A stretch of 64,000 nt of DNA from a virus, in IMG/VR virus record IMGVR_UViG_3300021375_000014, positions 1 to 64,000 of that record; one strand, written 5' to 3'. Under the pieces are notes generated by a model, which saw only the letters and a program-made list of their open reading frames with translations, was not told the origin of the DNA and did not search any database. The translations under genes and the position numbers were made by a program. Within the stretch, counting starts at the first letter, position 1. Every line of letters begins with the position of its first letter. Shown here one piece after another: positions 28,950-37,135 of this stretch.

Positions 28950-30485
28950 TTAATCATCGTGTGTAAAGACTTTTATTCCATAATGATTAGAAAATTCTCG
29001 GGCATCATTTATATCATTGACTATAGGTTGTCCTTTTATATTCAATGATGTATTAACTAACATTGGACATCCAGTGTTCTTTTTAAATTCAGTTAATAAT
29101 TCATACAATCCAGCATGTTGGCTCTTGTTTACTGTTTGTACCCTTGAAGTGCCATCTATATGCACAATAGCCGGAAACTTTTCTGGATATTTGCATTTAG
29201 CAACAAACTGCATATACGGAGATTCTATAATGTTTTCTGGCATGTCAAAATAATCGTGTACATCTTCTTCTAATATCATAGGAGCAAATGGACGAAATTT
29301 CTGTCTATGCTTAATATTATTCATTCTATCTTTAATAGTATCTCCACGTGGATCTGCTGTAAGTGTGCGATTACCTAATGCTCTTGGACCAAACTCCGCG
29401 CGTCCGTTAGCGATGCCAATTATTTCACCATCTAGCAATGCTTTTAGGGCACGTTTAACAGGATAAGAACCCGCAATATTATGTCCCAGATACGGAGTAT
29501 GTAATTTAGTTCTCTTATTAAAAAATAAAGATCCACTTGCTCCAATACAACTGCCAGCATCACCAGGATTAGGCATAATCCATATATTTTTAAATCTATC
29601 AGTGATAGAACTATTAGCACTACAGTTAAGTGCACATCCTCCCATCAGTACCAAGTTTTCACATTTTGTGTTTTTACGGGCGTATTCTATTATTTTGACT
29701 AACATCTGCGTATATATATGTTGTGTTGCTGCCGCGATATCAAATTTGTCTTGTTCACTCGTTAACTCAGATAGAAAATCATTACATCCTCTGTGTAGAT
29801 TTTTTTTAAAATTAACAATATGATAAAATTTACTCGTATGATCATTTAATTTTATTCCAAATTTATCATACATGTGATTTACTATCGTTTTGCCTCTTAC
29901 CTGTCTGGTAATGTCTCCATATGCCGCCATACCCATAAGTATATACTCATCTTCTTGTGGTTTTAAACCCAATCTTGCTGTCATCGCACTGTAAAATAAA
30001 CCAATACTATCAGGATAAACTTGTGAATAAATTTTTTCTAGATTATTACAATTACCTTTCCATATAGTTAATGTTTCTAATTCACCTATACTATCAATTA
30101 CTACTACAACAGCATTATTAAACGGACTAGTAAAATATCCACTTGCAGCGTGGGTATAATGATGCGATTGATATATTATCGGAATGTTTCGAAGTTGTGA
30201 AAATGATTTTAAATAACGTTTCGGCAGTTCGTTCATATCAAATGCTAACGAATATTGGCCAGCAACAAATTGTCTCCACTTTTTTACATATGGACGTTCA
30301 TACCACGCTATTACATCAGGCGTACCATACGAGAGGGCTTCTTGAATTATTTCTGCATTCAAGTTAGGATCATTTTTAATTTTAGAATAGCGTTCACTAT
30401 GACTAGCGAATAAAATTTCACTGTCTTTAATGACGCTGACCGCAGCATCATGGTTTAATGCACCTGATATACCTAATACAATCAT
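28950..30485 (-). CDS. O-carbamoyltransferase (NodU/CmcH/TobZ family)
   Basis: HDAA, ERYSKIK, HHYTHAAS, MGMAAYG, GGCALN, PGDAG, EFGPRALGNR, FRPFAP, NTSLN. Confidence 0.95.
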   Translation of the reverse strand: MIVLGISGALNHDAAVSVIKDSEILFASHSERYSKIKNDPNLNAEIIQEALSYGTPDVIAWYERPYVKKWRQFVAGQYSLAFDMNELPKRYLKSFSQLRNIPIIYQSHHYTHAASGYFTSPFNNAVVVVIDSIGELETLTIWKGNCNNLEKIYSQVYPDSIGLFYSAMTARLGLKPQEDEYILMGMAAYGDITRQVRGKTIVNHMYDKFGIKLNDHTSKFYHIVNFKKNLHRGCNDFLSELTSEQDKFDIAAATQHIYTQMLVKIIEYARKNTKCENLVLMGGCALNCSANSSITDRFKNIWIMPNPGDAGSCIGASGSLFFNKRTKLHTPYLGHNIAGSYPVKRALKALLDGEIIGIANGRAEFGPRALGNRTLTADPRGDTIKDRMNNIKHRQKFRPFAPMILEEDVHDYFDMPENIIESPYMQFVAKCKYPEKFPAIVHIDGTSRVQTVNKSQHAGLYELLTEFKKNTGCPMLVNTSLNIKGQPIVNDINDAREFSNHYGIKVFTHDD

Positions 30486-30595
30486 TTATATATAAACGGA
30501 TCACGCTTACGTAGTTCTGCTAAACGTTTTTTTAATCGTTTTTTCTCTTTATACATTGTATAAGGATAAATTATTATTTGCCATATTTTTTTCAT
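30482..30595 (-). CDS. 37-aa basic micro-protein MKKIWQIIIYPYTMYKEKKRLKKRLAELRKRDPFIYK (not in ORF track)
   Basis: Translated by hand; its TGA overlaps the carbamoyltransferase ATG (ATGA). Confidence 0.75.
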   Translation of the reverse strand: MKKIWQIIIYPYTMYKEKKRLKKRLAELRKRDPFIYK

Positions 30596-30597
30596 TC

Positions 30598-30867
30598 TTA
30601 TTCTATTCCTATATTTACTAGTATTATTAATATTATTACAGTGAGAACTTTTACTATAAACATTTTGCCTATACCTTTTCCAGTATCTTCAACTACTGGC
30701 TTCCAAGTTTCTAATCTGCCTATTTTTTTCCATTCTTCTTTAGATGTCCACAATCCACCGACATGTTTGAGCCATTGCTTAAACGTTTTGTCATCGTGTC
30801 TCTTGCGTTCAGTATGCCACGCATCTAATATTTCAAAAATAGTCTTAATTCCCATAATAATTCTCAA
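30598..30867 (-). CDS. small protein with C-terminal TM helix
   Basis: 89 aa, hydrophobic C-terminus, coupled to neighbours. Confidence 0.6.
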   Translation of the reverse strand: MRIIMGIKTIFEILDAWHTERKRHDDKTFKQWLKHVGGLWTSKEEWKKIGRLETWKPVVEDTGKGIGKMFIVKVLTVIILIILVNIGIE

Positions 30868-31133
30868 TTAATGTAATGTATTTCAAACCAGGTTAGCATT
30901 TCTTTTCCTTCTTCTGGAGTAGCATTAAACCATTCACCATGTACGCGACGATGTGCATATTCCCGGTGTAGTTTTTTCTCCAATTTAACAACATCACCAT
31001 CTATATGAATTGTTTCAATAATATTGAGTTTTTTTGCATTTCCAGTTTGTAGTGTTTTGAGTCTTTTTTCTGGATTATTACTAAATCCAAATTTACACAA
31101 TTCTGCTCCATCAGATATACAATATATATACAT
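30864..31133 (-). CDS. GIY-YIG (T5orf172/MUG113-like) domain protein
   Basis: YIYCI..KFGFS.NPEKRLKTLQTGN..E..LH..GEWF. Confidence 0.85.
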   Translation of the reverse strand: MYIYCISDGAELCKFGFSNNPEKRLKTLQTGNAKKLNIIETIHIDGDVVKLEKKLHREYAHRRVHGEWFNATPEEGKEMLTWFEIHYIN

Positions 31134-31864
31134 TATCCATTTCCCGATCTTGTACGTTCAATATCATCGAATATAATTTTAGCCCAATCTTTATGTGCTA
31201 CATCATTGGGATGTAAAAATTTTTCATCTCCCTCTATGTCATAATATAGATTCAAATCATACATATAAGTAAAAAATGTCTGGTCTTCATATAGGTATTG
31301 CATATCTATTTGTTTCATAACATTTTCCATCTCATAGGTCTTGCATATTTCTGAAAATCTAGTGGGATCAATAAGATTAGGAGTTAGATTTAAAGAGTTA
31401 AATAATACATATTCTAGTTCTGCATTTTTTAAAAAGTTCTGAAGTGTAATAACATTGATAAGATACTGATGAAAATCATACACTGGTGACCAAAAATGCT
31501 TCATGTATAATTCATTTAGTTTCTTTAAATCATCATTTGTATTAGCATCAAGTCTTATATTACCATGATATTCAATCGCAGGTATATTGTGTATCAATAA
31601 ATTTTTATCTTCAATAAAATGTTCTTTTCTATTTGGAGTTGTTAATCCAATAGCAACAAACGGACGTTCACCATTGGCAAGCATATCACTTATTGTTTTA
31701 ATTGCTGTACGAACAATATAAAAATTAGAAACTCCTCGATCCGCTTCTGTTTTCGTCTCTTGTCTATCAAATCCTAATAGTTCAGCCAATTCATATGGCC
31801 AAGCAGTTTCTTTATTTGCTAGTCCAGTACCATATGTAAAACTACATCCATTCGCATATAACAT
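31133..31864 (-). CDS. SGNH/GDSL-like protein
   Basis: YANGCSFTYG, GVSN, C-terminal HPN..AH. Confidence 0.65.
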   Translation of the reverse strand: MLYANGCSFTYGTGLANKETAWPYELAELLGFDRQETKTEADRGVSNFYIVRTAIKTISDMLANGERPFVAIGLTTPNRKEHFIEDKNLLIHNIPAIEYHGNIRLDANTNDDLKKLNELYMKHFWSPVYDFHQYLINVITLQNFLKNAELEYVLFNSLNLTPNLIDPTRFSEICKTYEMENVMKQIDMQYLYEDQTFFTYMYDLNLYYDIEGDEKFLHPNDVAHKDWAKIIFDDIERTRSGNG

Positions 31865-31897
31865 TTTTTATACATCCTTCTTTATTATATTCGTAGT

Positions 31898-31905
31898 TAT
31901 TTATC
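31898..31905 (-). promoter_or_regulatory. putative late promoter GATAAATA
   Basis: tatttatc on + strand, 34 nt upstream of ATG 31864; AAGGA RBS. Confidence 0.55.
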
Positions 31906-31917
31906 TTGAGAAAAAGG

Positions 31918-31946
31918 TTGACATTATAGACGAATCACTTTATAAA
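31918..31946 (+). promoter_or_regulatory. early promoter with CGAATCA in spacer
   Basis: TTGACA(31918)-N7-CGAATCA(31931)-N3-TATAAA(31941). Confidence 0.8.
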
Positions 31947-31974
31947 GAATGTATAAGTTAGATAGGAAATCATC

Positions 31975-32172
31975 ATGCACAAGAAAAACAGTTATTTCTT
32001 CAAAACAAAAGAAGAGGCTCTTTCGTATATCAAAGGTTTCAATACAAAAGAAACTGGGCGGCCAGACCGCGACACATACATCCGTGGACCATTTGCGCAC
32101 GATAGTGGCCATGACGCTGACGATCCAAATCGTCAAGTTGGATTTGTTGTTCATGTAGAAAAATATAGTTGA
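31975..32172 (+). CDS. small early hypothetical protein
   Basis: 65 aa, AGGA RBS, directly behind a promoter. Confidence 0.75.
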   Translation: MHKKNSYFFKTKEEALSYIKGFNTKETGRPDRDTYIRGPFAHDSGHDADDPNRQVGFVVHVEKYS

Positions 32173-32183
32173 AGACGGGTTTT

Positions 32184-32345
32184 ATGATTTATACTTGGCA
32201 AATATTCTACAATGATATCTTTCTTGGATATCAATATGCAATGACTGAATACTCAGCCCGAGAAAAGGCATTTATGACGGGTGGCAGTGCTAGTAAATAT
32301 ACTGGCGCCAATTTAGATAATATAAAAGTAGTGAGAATAAATTAA
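32184..32345 (+). CDS. 53-aa hypothetical protein (not in ORF track)
   Basis: MIYTWQIFYNDIFLGYQYAMTEYSAREKAF...GSASKYTG...VVRIN; fills the gap between genes. Confidence 0.6.
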   Translation: MIYTWQIFYNDIFLGYQYAMTEYSAREKAFMTGGSASKYTGANLDNIKVVRIN

Positions 32346-32363
32346 TGTCATTGAAAAAGAATA

Positions 32364-32392
32364 TTGACAACCCCGACGAATCACTTTATACT
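32364..32392 (+). promoter_or_regulatory. early promoter with CGAATCA in spacer
   Basis: TTGACA(32364)-N7-CGAATCA(32377)-N3-TATACT(32387). Confidence 0.82.
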
Positions 32393-32423
32393 AGTTAAGT
32401 AATCAAAAGAAAGAGAAGATAAT

Positions 32424-32618
32424 ATGAATATTATAGATTTCACAAAAGTAACTGATATTGAATTTGAAGGCGTTGACATGGCAGACTATCCTAAGTTCTG
32501 CGATGCGTATATTGAATCTGCTGTTATCAATGGCGTTGAAGCCACAGAAGAAGAACTTGACGTAATCAACAATGACTATTCGTTTGTTTACGAAAAACTA
32601 CAGGAATGGTTGTATTAA
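32424..32618 (+). CDS. small acidic early protein
   Basis: 64 aa, DYPKFCDAYIESA. Confidence 0.75.
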   Translation: MNIIDFTKVTDIEFEGVDMADYPKFCDAYIESAVINGVEATEEELDVINNDYSFVYEKLQEWLY

Positions 32619-32621
32619 ATC

Positions 32622-32650
32622 TTGACAATCATTACGAATCACTATATAAA
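32622..32650 (+). promoter_or_regulatory. early promoter with CGAATCA in spacer
   Basis: TTGACA(32622)-N7-CGAATCA(32635)-N3-TATAAA(32645). Confidence 0.82.
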
Positions 32651-32683
32651 GAGTGCATAAGTTAGATAGTTAAGGAGAACATT

Positions 32684-32836
32684 ATGTGGTCAGTAGCAGC
32701 GAAGAACTTTGGTGAAAATGCAGACAGTATGCATGTCAGTGGGTTAACATATGAAAATGCACGTGCATTACATTCCAGTCTTAGTAACAGTGGTGAATGG
32801 GCTGAAGTTCGTAGTTACAAAGTGGAGGCAGTATAA
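32684..32836 (+). CDS. 50-aa hypothetical protein (not in ORF track)
   Basis: AAGGAG RBS; MWSVAAKNFGE...YKVEAV; TAATG overlap with the next gene. Confidence 0.7.
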   Translation: MWSVAAKNFGENADSMHVSGLTYENARALHSSLSNSGEWAEVRSYKVEAV

Positions 32837-33033
32837 TGGATGCTACATTCGCTTGGTTTTGCAATGATATGATTAATCTAACCTATAGATCAGAAAACAA
32901 AAAAGAAAGCGGTGAAATTGATTGGAATTTTGTCGATAGCGATCTTTTCGAAAAGTGGCAAGTTCTCTTAGACGGAGAAACATATTCTGAATATTTTGAT
33001 CGTGCGGCTGATATGGTGGAGAATATACAATGA
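32836..33033 (+). CDS. small hypothetical protein
   Basis: 65 aa, GGAGG RBS, IDWNFVDSD. Confidence 0.75.
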   Translation: MDATFAWFCNDMINLTYRSENKKESGEIDWNFVDSDLFEKWQVLLDGETYSEYFDRAADMVENIQ

Positions 33034-33773
33034 TTGATCCTATTAAATTTTGTAATCCCGAATTAAAAGAAAATGGTGCTTATATTAAACCAAAAACAAA
33101 ACAAGAAGTTCTTGCTTTGGCAATTGCAGCACAACGTATTAACGGCGAATATTTAAAACGTGGCGGAAAGTCAGACTTTGTTACTAGAATCGAAGATGGT
33201 GAAAAAGTCCAACGATACACACGTATTAAAGAAAGCAATCGACATGTTATTCAAACATTAGAAGAGGTAGTTCCAAATATTCTAGAAGATACTGAGTTAT
33301 TGAATGCCGCACAATCAATGCTTGATAATCTGAATATGGAATTTATGTTCAAAGTTCTCGGTGATAATATGAACGATTTTGAAACCAGTATTCATGAATT
33401 TTTGGCAGAAAATGATGATGAATTATATATTCAAAAGCATATGGGTATTATCGCTTTTATTCCTGAATATGTAAAACGTGATACTAATAAAAAGAATTTA
33501 GAAGAACGTTCGGTTGGGTCTGAATACGTTGGAAGTAAAGGTGATAAAGTTACTATAGATATTGAGATTGTTTCCAAACGTCAGGCAACTGCCTGGGCTG
33601 GATGGAATGTAAATGCTATTACTTCCGATGGTAATCGCGTTTCATTCTTTACTACTAAAGATGATTTATCAGAAATGACTGGAATTTTTAGTATCACTGC
33701 AAAAGTTAAAGATTGCGGCACTGTTTGGGGCAATTCTGATATTAAAGAGACCAGATTGAATTACGTGAAGTAA
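33030..33773 (+). CDS. hypothetical protein, possible C-terminal OB-fold
   Basis: 247 aa; SEYVGSKGDKVTIDIEIV...ITAKVK...ETRLNYVK. Confidence 0.7.
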   Translation: MIDPIKFCNPELKENGAYIKPKTKQEVLALAIAAQRINGEYLKRGGKSDFVTRIEDGEKVQRYTRIKESNRHVIQTLEEVVPNILEDTELLNAAQSMLDNLNMEFMFKVLGDNMNDFETSIHEFLAENDDELYIQKHMGIIAFIPEYVKRDTNKKNLEERSVGSEYVGSKGDKVTIDIEIVSKRQATAWAGWNVNAITSDGNRVSFFTTKDDLSEMTGIFSITAKVKDCGTVWGNSDIKETRLNYVK

Positions 33774-33780
33774 TAAGAAT

Positions 33781-34764
33781 TTATAAATCAATACAATTAG
33801 AAAAATGATGCGCTATCTTTTTATGATAGACAGGACTAGGATGTAAAACCCAATTATTAAAGTCATGATATATATTTTCATTATCTGGTAAAAATATATC
33901 ATTGATTGATATATCTGATTTTAAATTCAAAGGAGCCAAATCTCTGCCAGCCCCATATTTACAAAAAGGTTCACTAGCGTCAATAAACCATGGCTTTTCT
34001 ATATTATAGTTAATATTATAATTCCTGCATATATCTTTTATACTATTATGATAAAAATCATACTTGTCAGATTCTTGTAGTAGGTACGTTTGAATTTCTT
34101 TAAAAGAATATCCATGTTCACTTATTTTAAATTTCAGTGTTCCCAAATCATTATTGCGTTTCTTTAGATCATCCAATGTATCGATCATTAATGGTCTATA
34201 AAAAGTATTCCCATCATACGTTCTTTTATGTTCCGCTCTTCCCTCAAAGAATCCAAGATTTATAATATCACTAGGAGGGTAATCAACATGTTTTATCCAA
34301 TTTAATAAAATTCTATAAGCAGTGTTTATACCAGTACCACTAAGTCCATAATTAATTACTTTTCGTTCCGTATAGTTCTGTAATTGATTTGTCCATCTTC
34401 TATTTTCGGGTACCCCTATACCTTCAGTAAAACTACAACCAAAGCACCATATTTCATTTTGTGTATTATTTTTTGTATAATCGAAACTGCTTCGGAAGTC
34501 ATAATTATTGTAACTATATTTCCATTTACAAAATTCATCTACAGTGTAGTTGTCAATGCCAATTGTAAAAATTTCTTTCAATTTATCTTTATATGATTGT
34601 TCATGTTTTAGAACTGATTCGATAGTTCTCTCTTCGTCATTTCTATTATTACTGAATTTACCGTGCGATGTCTTTTGTTCTATTAATATATCTTTGCTCG
34701 TTACTTTTCTTCCAAAATCTGGATATATTCCACGTGCGTACAGTTCAAACTTCATTTCTAACAC
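33781..34764 (-). CDS. SGNH/GDSL-like protein
   Basis: YNNYDFRS, CFGCSFTEGIG, NYGLSGTG, ARD-like GRDL, HP..YH. Confidence 0.65.
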   Translation of the reverse strand: MLEMKFELYARGIYPDFGRKVTSKDILIEQKTSHGKFSNNRNDEERTIESVLKHEQSYKDKLKEIFTIGIDNYTVDEFCKWKYSYNNYDFRSSFDYTKNNTQNEIWCFGCSFTEGIGVPENRRWTNQLQNYTERKVINYGLSGTGINTAYRILLNWIKHVDYPPSDIINLGFFEGRAEHKRTYDGNTFYRPLMIDTLDDLKKRNNDLGTLKFKISEHGYSFKEIQTYLLQESDKYDFYHNSIKDICRNYNINYNIEKPWFIDASEPFCKYGAGRDLAPLNLKSDISINDIFLPDNENIYHDFNNWVLHPSPVYHKKIAHHFSNCIDL

Positions 34765-34807
34765 TTTCGCTGGTAAAAATATAGGTTTCTAAGTTTTTTT
34801 CTAAAAT

Positions 34808-35605
34808 TCATATATCTATCAACAAATTTTTATTTTTTTCATTAACAGGTAGATTAGTTATTCGTAATAATTCATCAATATGAATGTTTTTACTTTTTAG
34901 CATTTCATCGAACATCTCATACTCACTTAGTTTTGTAACTTTTTTGGAATCCAAATTTGAATTATCCAGGAGGGTATTTGCATCATATTGTTCATGTAAA
35001 TTGTCATAATCCAATCCAAAAATTTCCAAGTCTTTTGTTGTAAATATTAAGTCTTCGTACCAAATATTAGTTACTTCATATTTTTTTGTTAAATTGTACC
35101 AATGACTAATTAATTTACAGATATAAATTATATCTTTTACTTCTACACTGAGATGGTCAAATTCTTGTATATCAATTTCGTGTATAACATTCCATACTCC
35201 TGTCTGTTTACTTTTTAAAAATGAAATTACTGTATGTTTCCAATTTTTTCTACCAATAGAAAATAAATTAGTAGTGTCACGTATAGTTTGATAGTCCATT
35301 TCAAACATTAAGTCATTTATTATTATTTTCCAAACAGTATATATATCTTTTTCGTTATAATCATATAAACTCTTTACTACAGTGTTAGTAGTAGTCACAT
35401 CTCTATAATTTTTTACTTCTCCTGGATTCCAATCTACATCTGTAATTAAGTCGTTAGTAAACACAAAGTTGCCACCAAAATCAGGTCCGCTGTGGCGAAA
35501 TCTAGGATAAAATCGCATGTTAAAATAACGCTGTAACAAATACATCAAATACGTTGATCCAGATCTTGGATGTGCTAATAGAACAAATTGTTTATAATTC
35601 TTCAT
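34808..35605 (-). CDS. sulfotransferase-like protein
   Basis: N-terminal PAPS-binding loop HPRSGSTYL; R.N....VIS; WYEDL. Confidence 0.65.
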   Translation of the reverse strand: MKNYKQFVLLAHPRSGSTYLMYLLQRYFNMRFYPRFRHSGPDFGGNFVFTNDLITDVDWNPGEVKNYRDVTTTNTVVKSLYDYNEKDIYTVWKIIINDLMFEMDYQTIRDTTNLFSIGRKNWKHTVISFLKSKQTGVWNVIHEIDIQEFDHLSVEVKDIIYICKLISHWYNLTKKYEVTNIWYEDLIFTTKDLEIFGLDYDNLHEQYDANTLLDNSNLDSKKVTKLSEYEMFDEMLKSKNIHIDELLRITNLPVNEKNKNLLIDI

Positions 35606-36246
35606 TTGTAATACCTATATAAAGTCTGTGCTAATTCAAATTCTTCACGCACATCAATGTCAATTGCTTCAAATTGGTTCATAGTAAAATATTCAAACTC
35701 CAGAGGTATCATATATTTAGCTTCACGCAAGTCTTGCATTTTACACACTGTCCCTGCATAAGGGAACATATATACTGGATCAATGCCCTGGCTATATGGG
35801 TGCCATAAACCGAATGAAAAGTTAATAGGACGCTTATTCACATCCAAATAATAATGAGTACTTGCATGTACTGCTATTTGATTTTTACCACTATATATAT
35901 AGGCATCATATAATTCTTTATAACGATTAAATAATGGACAACACACAAAAGTATAAACAACATCTTGGTTATCGTCAACTGGAACATCATTATATATTTG
36001 CTCTAGTACATATGAAAATCTTGTAACATTATTACAATACTTCGCATCTCGGTGAATATAAGTTACATTTTCAGTATCTGAAACTTCTTTATCATCTGTA
36101 CTTATGTAAACGTGTTCTGCTCCTGCTGCGAATAATTGTTCTAGTTTAATGTCTACCAGTGTTTTGTCACCATCAAATATATTGTGATGCTTACCTGGTA
36201 GTCGATCACTTGTCTTTTTGTAATTTGTTACTCCTACAAATCCCAT
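35602..36246 (-). CDS. NeuA/KdsB-like sugar cytidylyltransferase
   Basis: KKTSDRLPGKH, ISTDD, IDIDVREEFELA. Confidence 0.8.
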   Translation of the reverse strand: MGFVGVTNYKKTSDRLPGKHHNIFDGDKTLVDIKLEQLFAAGAEHVYISTDDKEVSDTENVTYIHRDAKYCNNVTRFSYVLEQIYNDVPVDDNQDVVYTFVCCPLFNRYKELYDAYIYSGKNQIAVHASTHYYLDVNKRPINFSFGLWHPYSQGIDPVYMFPYAGTVCKMQDLREAKYMIPLEFEYFTMNQFEAIDIDVREEFELAQTLYRYYK

Positions 36247-36247
36247 T

Positions 36248-37135
36248 TTAATATCTTTCTATAAAACAATTATTGTTACCATATTCTAATAATCTGCGAA
36301 CCAATATCGGGTCATCCGTTATTTTAAATTTTGTTTCTTTTTTCATACCAGGGAATGTGACACGTACTGTATCACTATCATCCGGTAATATGACATTGCA
36401 ATTTTCTGCAAATCGTACTAAGTCAAAGTCCGGATCTCTTACATATCCTCGCTGATCAGGCTGACTCCAACCATCATGATAACTATAAAGATGCAAATGA
36501 GATACTAACCCTTCGATTTTTTCAATGAATCCCAACAGTTTTCCATCATAACTAGATTCTAGTTGTGATATGGTAGTTATATATTTATTAACATCAATAG
36601 TATTAATTGGTATGTTAATACGACTATTATCTTTGGGTATCATTACTATAACTCGTAGCGGCTTATCTATTATCTGGTGTGCTTGTGCTAACGTACTGCC
36701 TGGATGAATAGTGTTATGGACAATATTACTCAAGACTGGTGGCGACTTGACTTCGGTATTAACTAATTCAGATGCTAACAATACAAGTCTTAAAAAACGA
36801 CTGAATAGATTATTGTAATCTTCCTGGTCGAGGGTATCAATTATTTCAAGGTCTTTAAGAAAACTTAATCCAGTTAACACTCCATTACCACTAGGTATAC
36901 TATGATACTTTTCTTGAAGATTACCCAAATTCCACAAGTAACTCATATTATATTTCCTTGCATCAATAAAACAATCTAGTAAGGTAAATTCATCCAATAC
37001 CTGTAGCCAATCTGCGTATGTTGGCTGTGCTACAGTTCTCCAACTATGCGAGGGATGAGATAATAATGCATAATCTACATCATCATCTCTTCTGTTTAGA
37101 AAAATATCATTAAATAATTTATTTTCATCATTCAT
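36248..37135 (-). CDS. hypothetical protein
   Basis: Likely start ATG 37135 overlapping the upstream stop; IHPGS motif. Confidence 0.7.
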   Translation of the reverse strand: MNDENKLFNDIFLNRRDDDVDYALLSHPSHSWRTVAQPTYADWLQVLDEFTLLDCFIDARKYNMSYLWNLGNLQEKYHSIPSGNGVLTGLSFLKDLEIIDTLDQEDYNNLFSRFLRLVLLASELVNTEVKSPPVLSNIVHNTIHPGSTLAQAHQIIDKPLRVIVMIPKDNSRINIPINTIDVNKYITTISQLESSYDGKLLGFIEKIEGLVSHLHLYSYHDGWSQPDQRGYVRDPDFDLVRFAENCNVILPDDSDTVRVTFPGMKKETKFKITDDPILVRRLLEYGNNNCFIERY

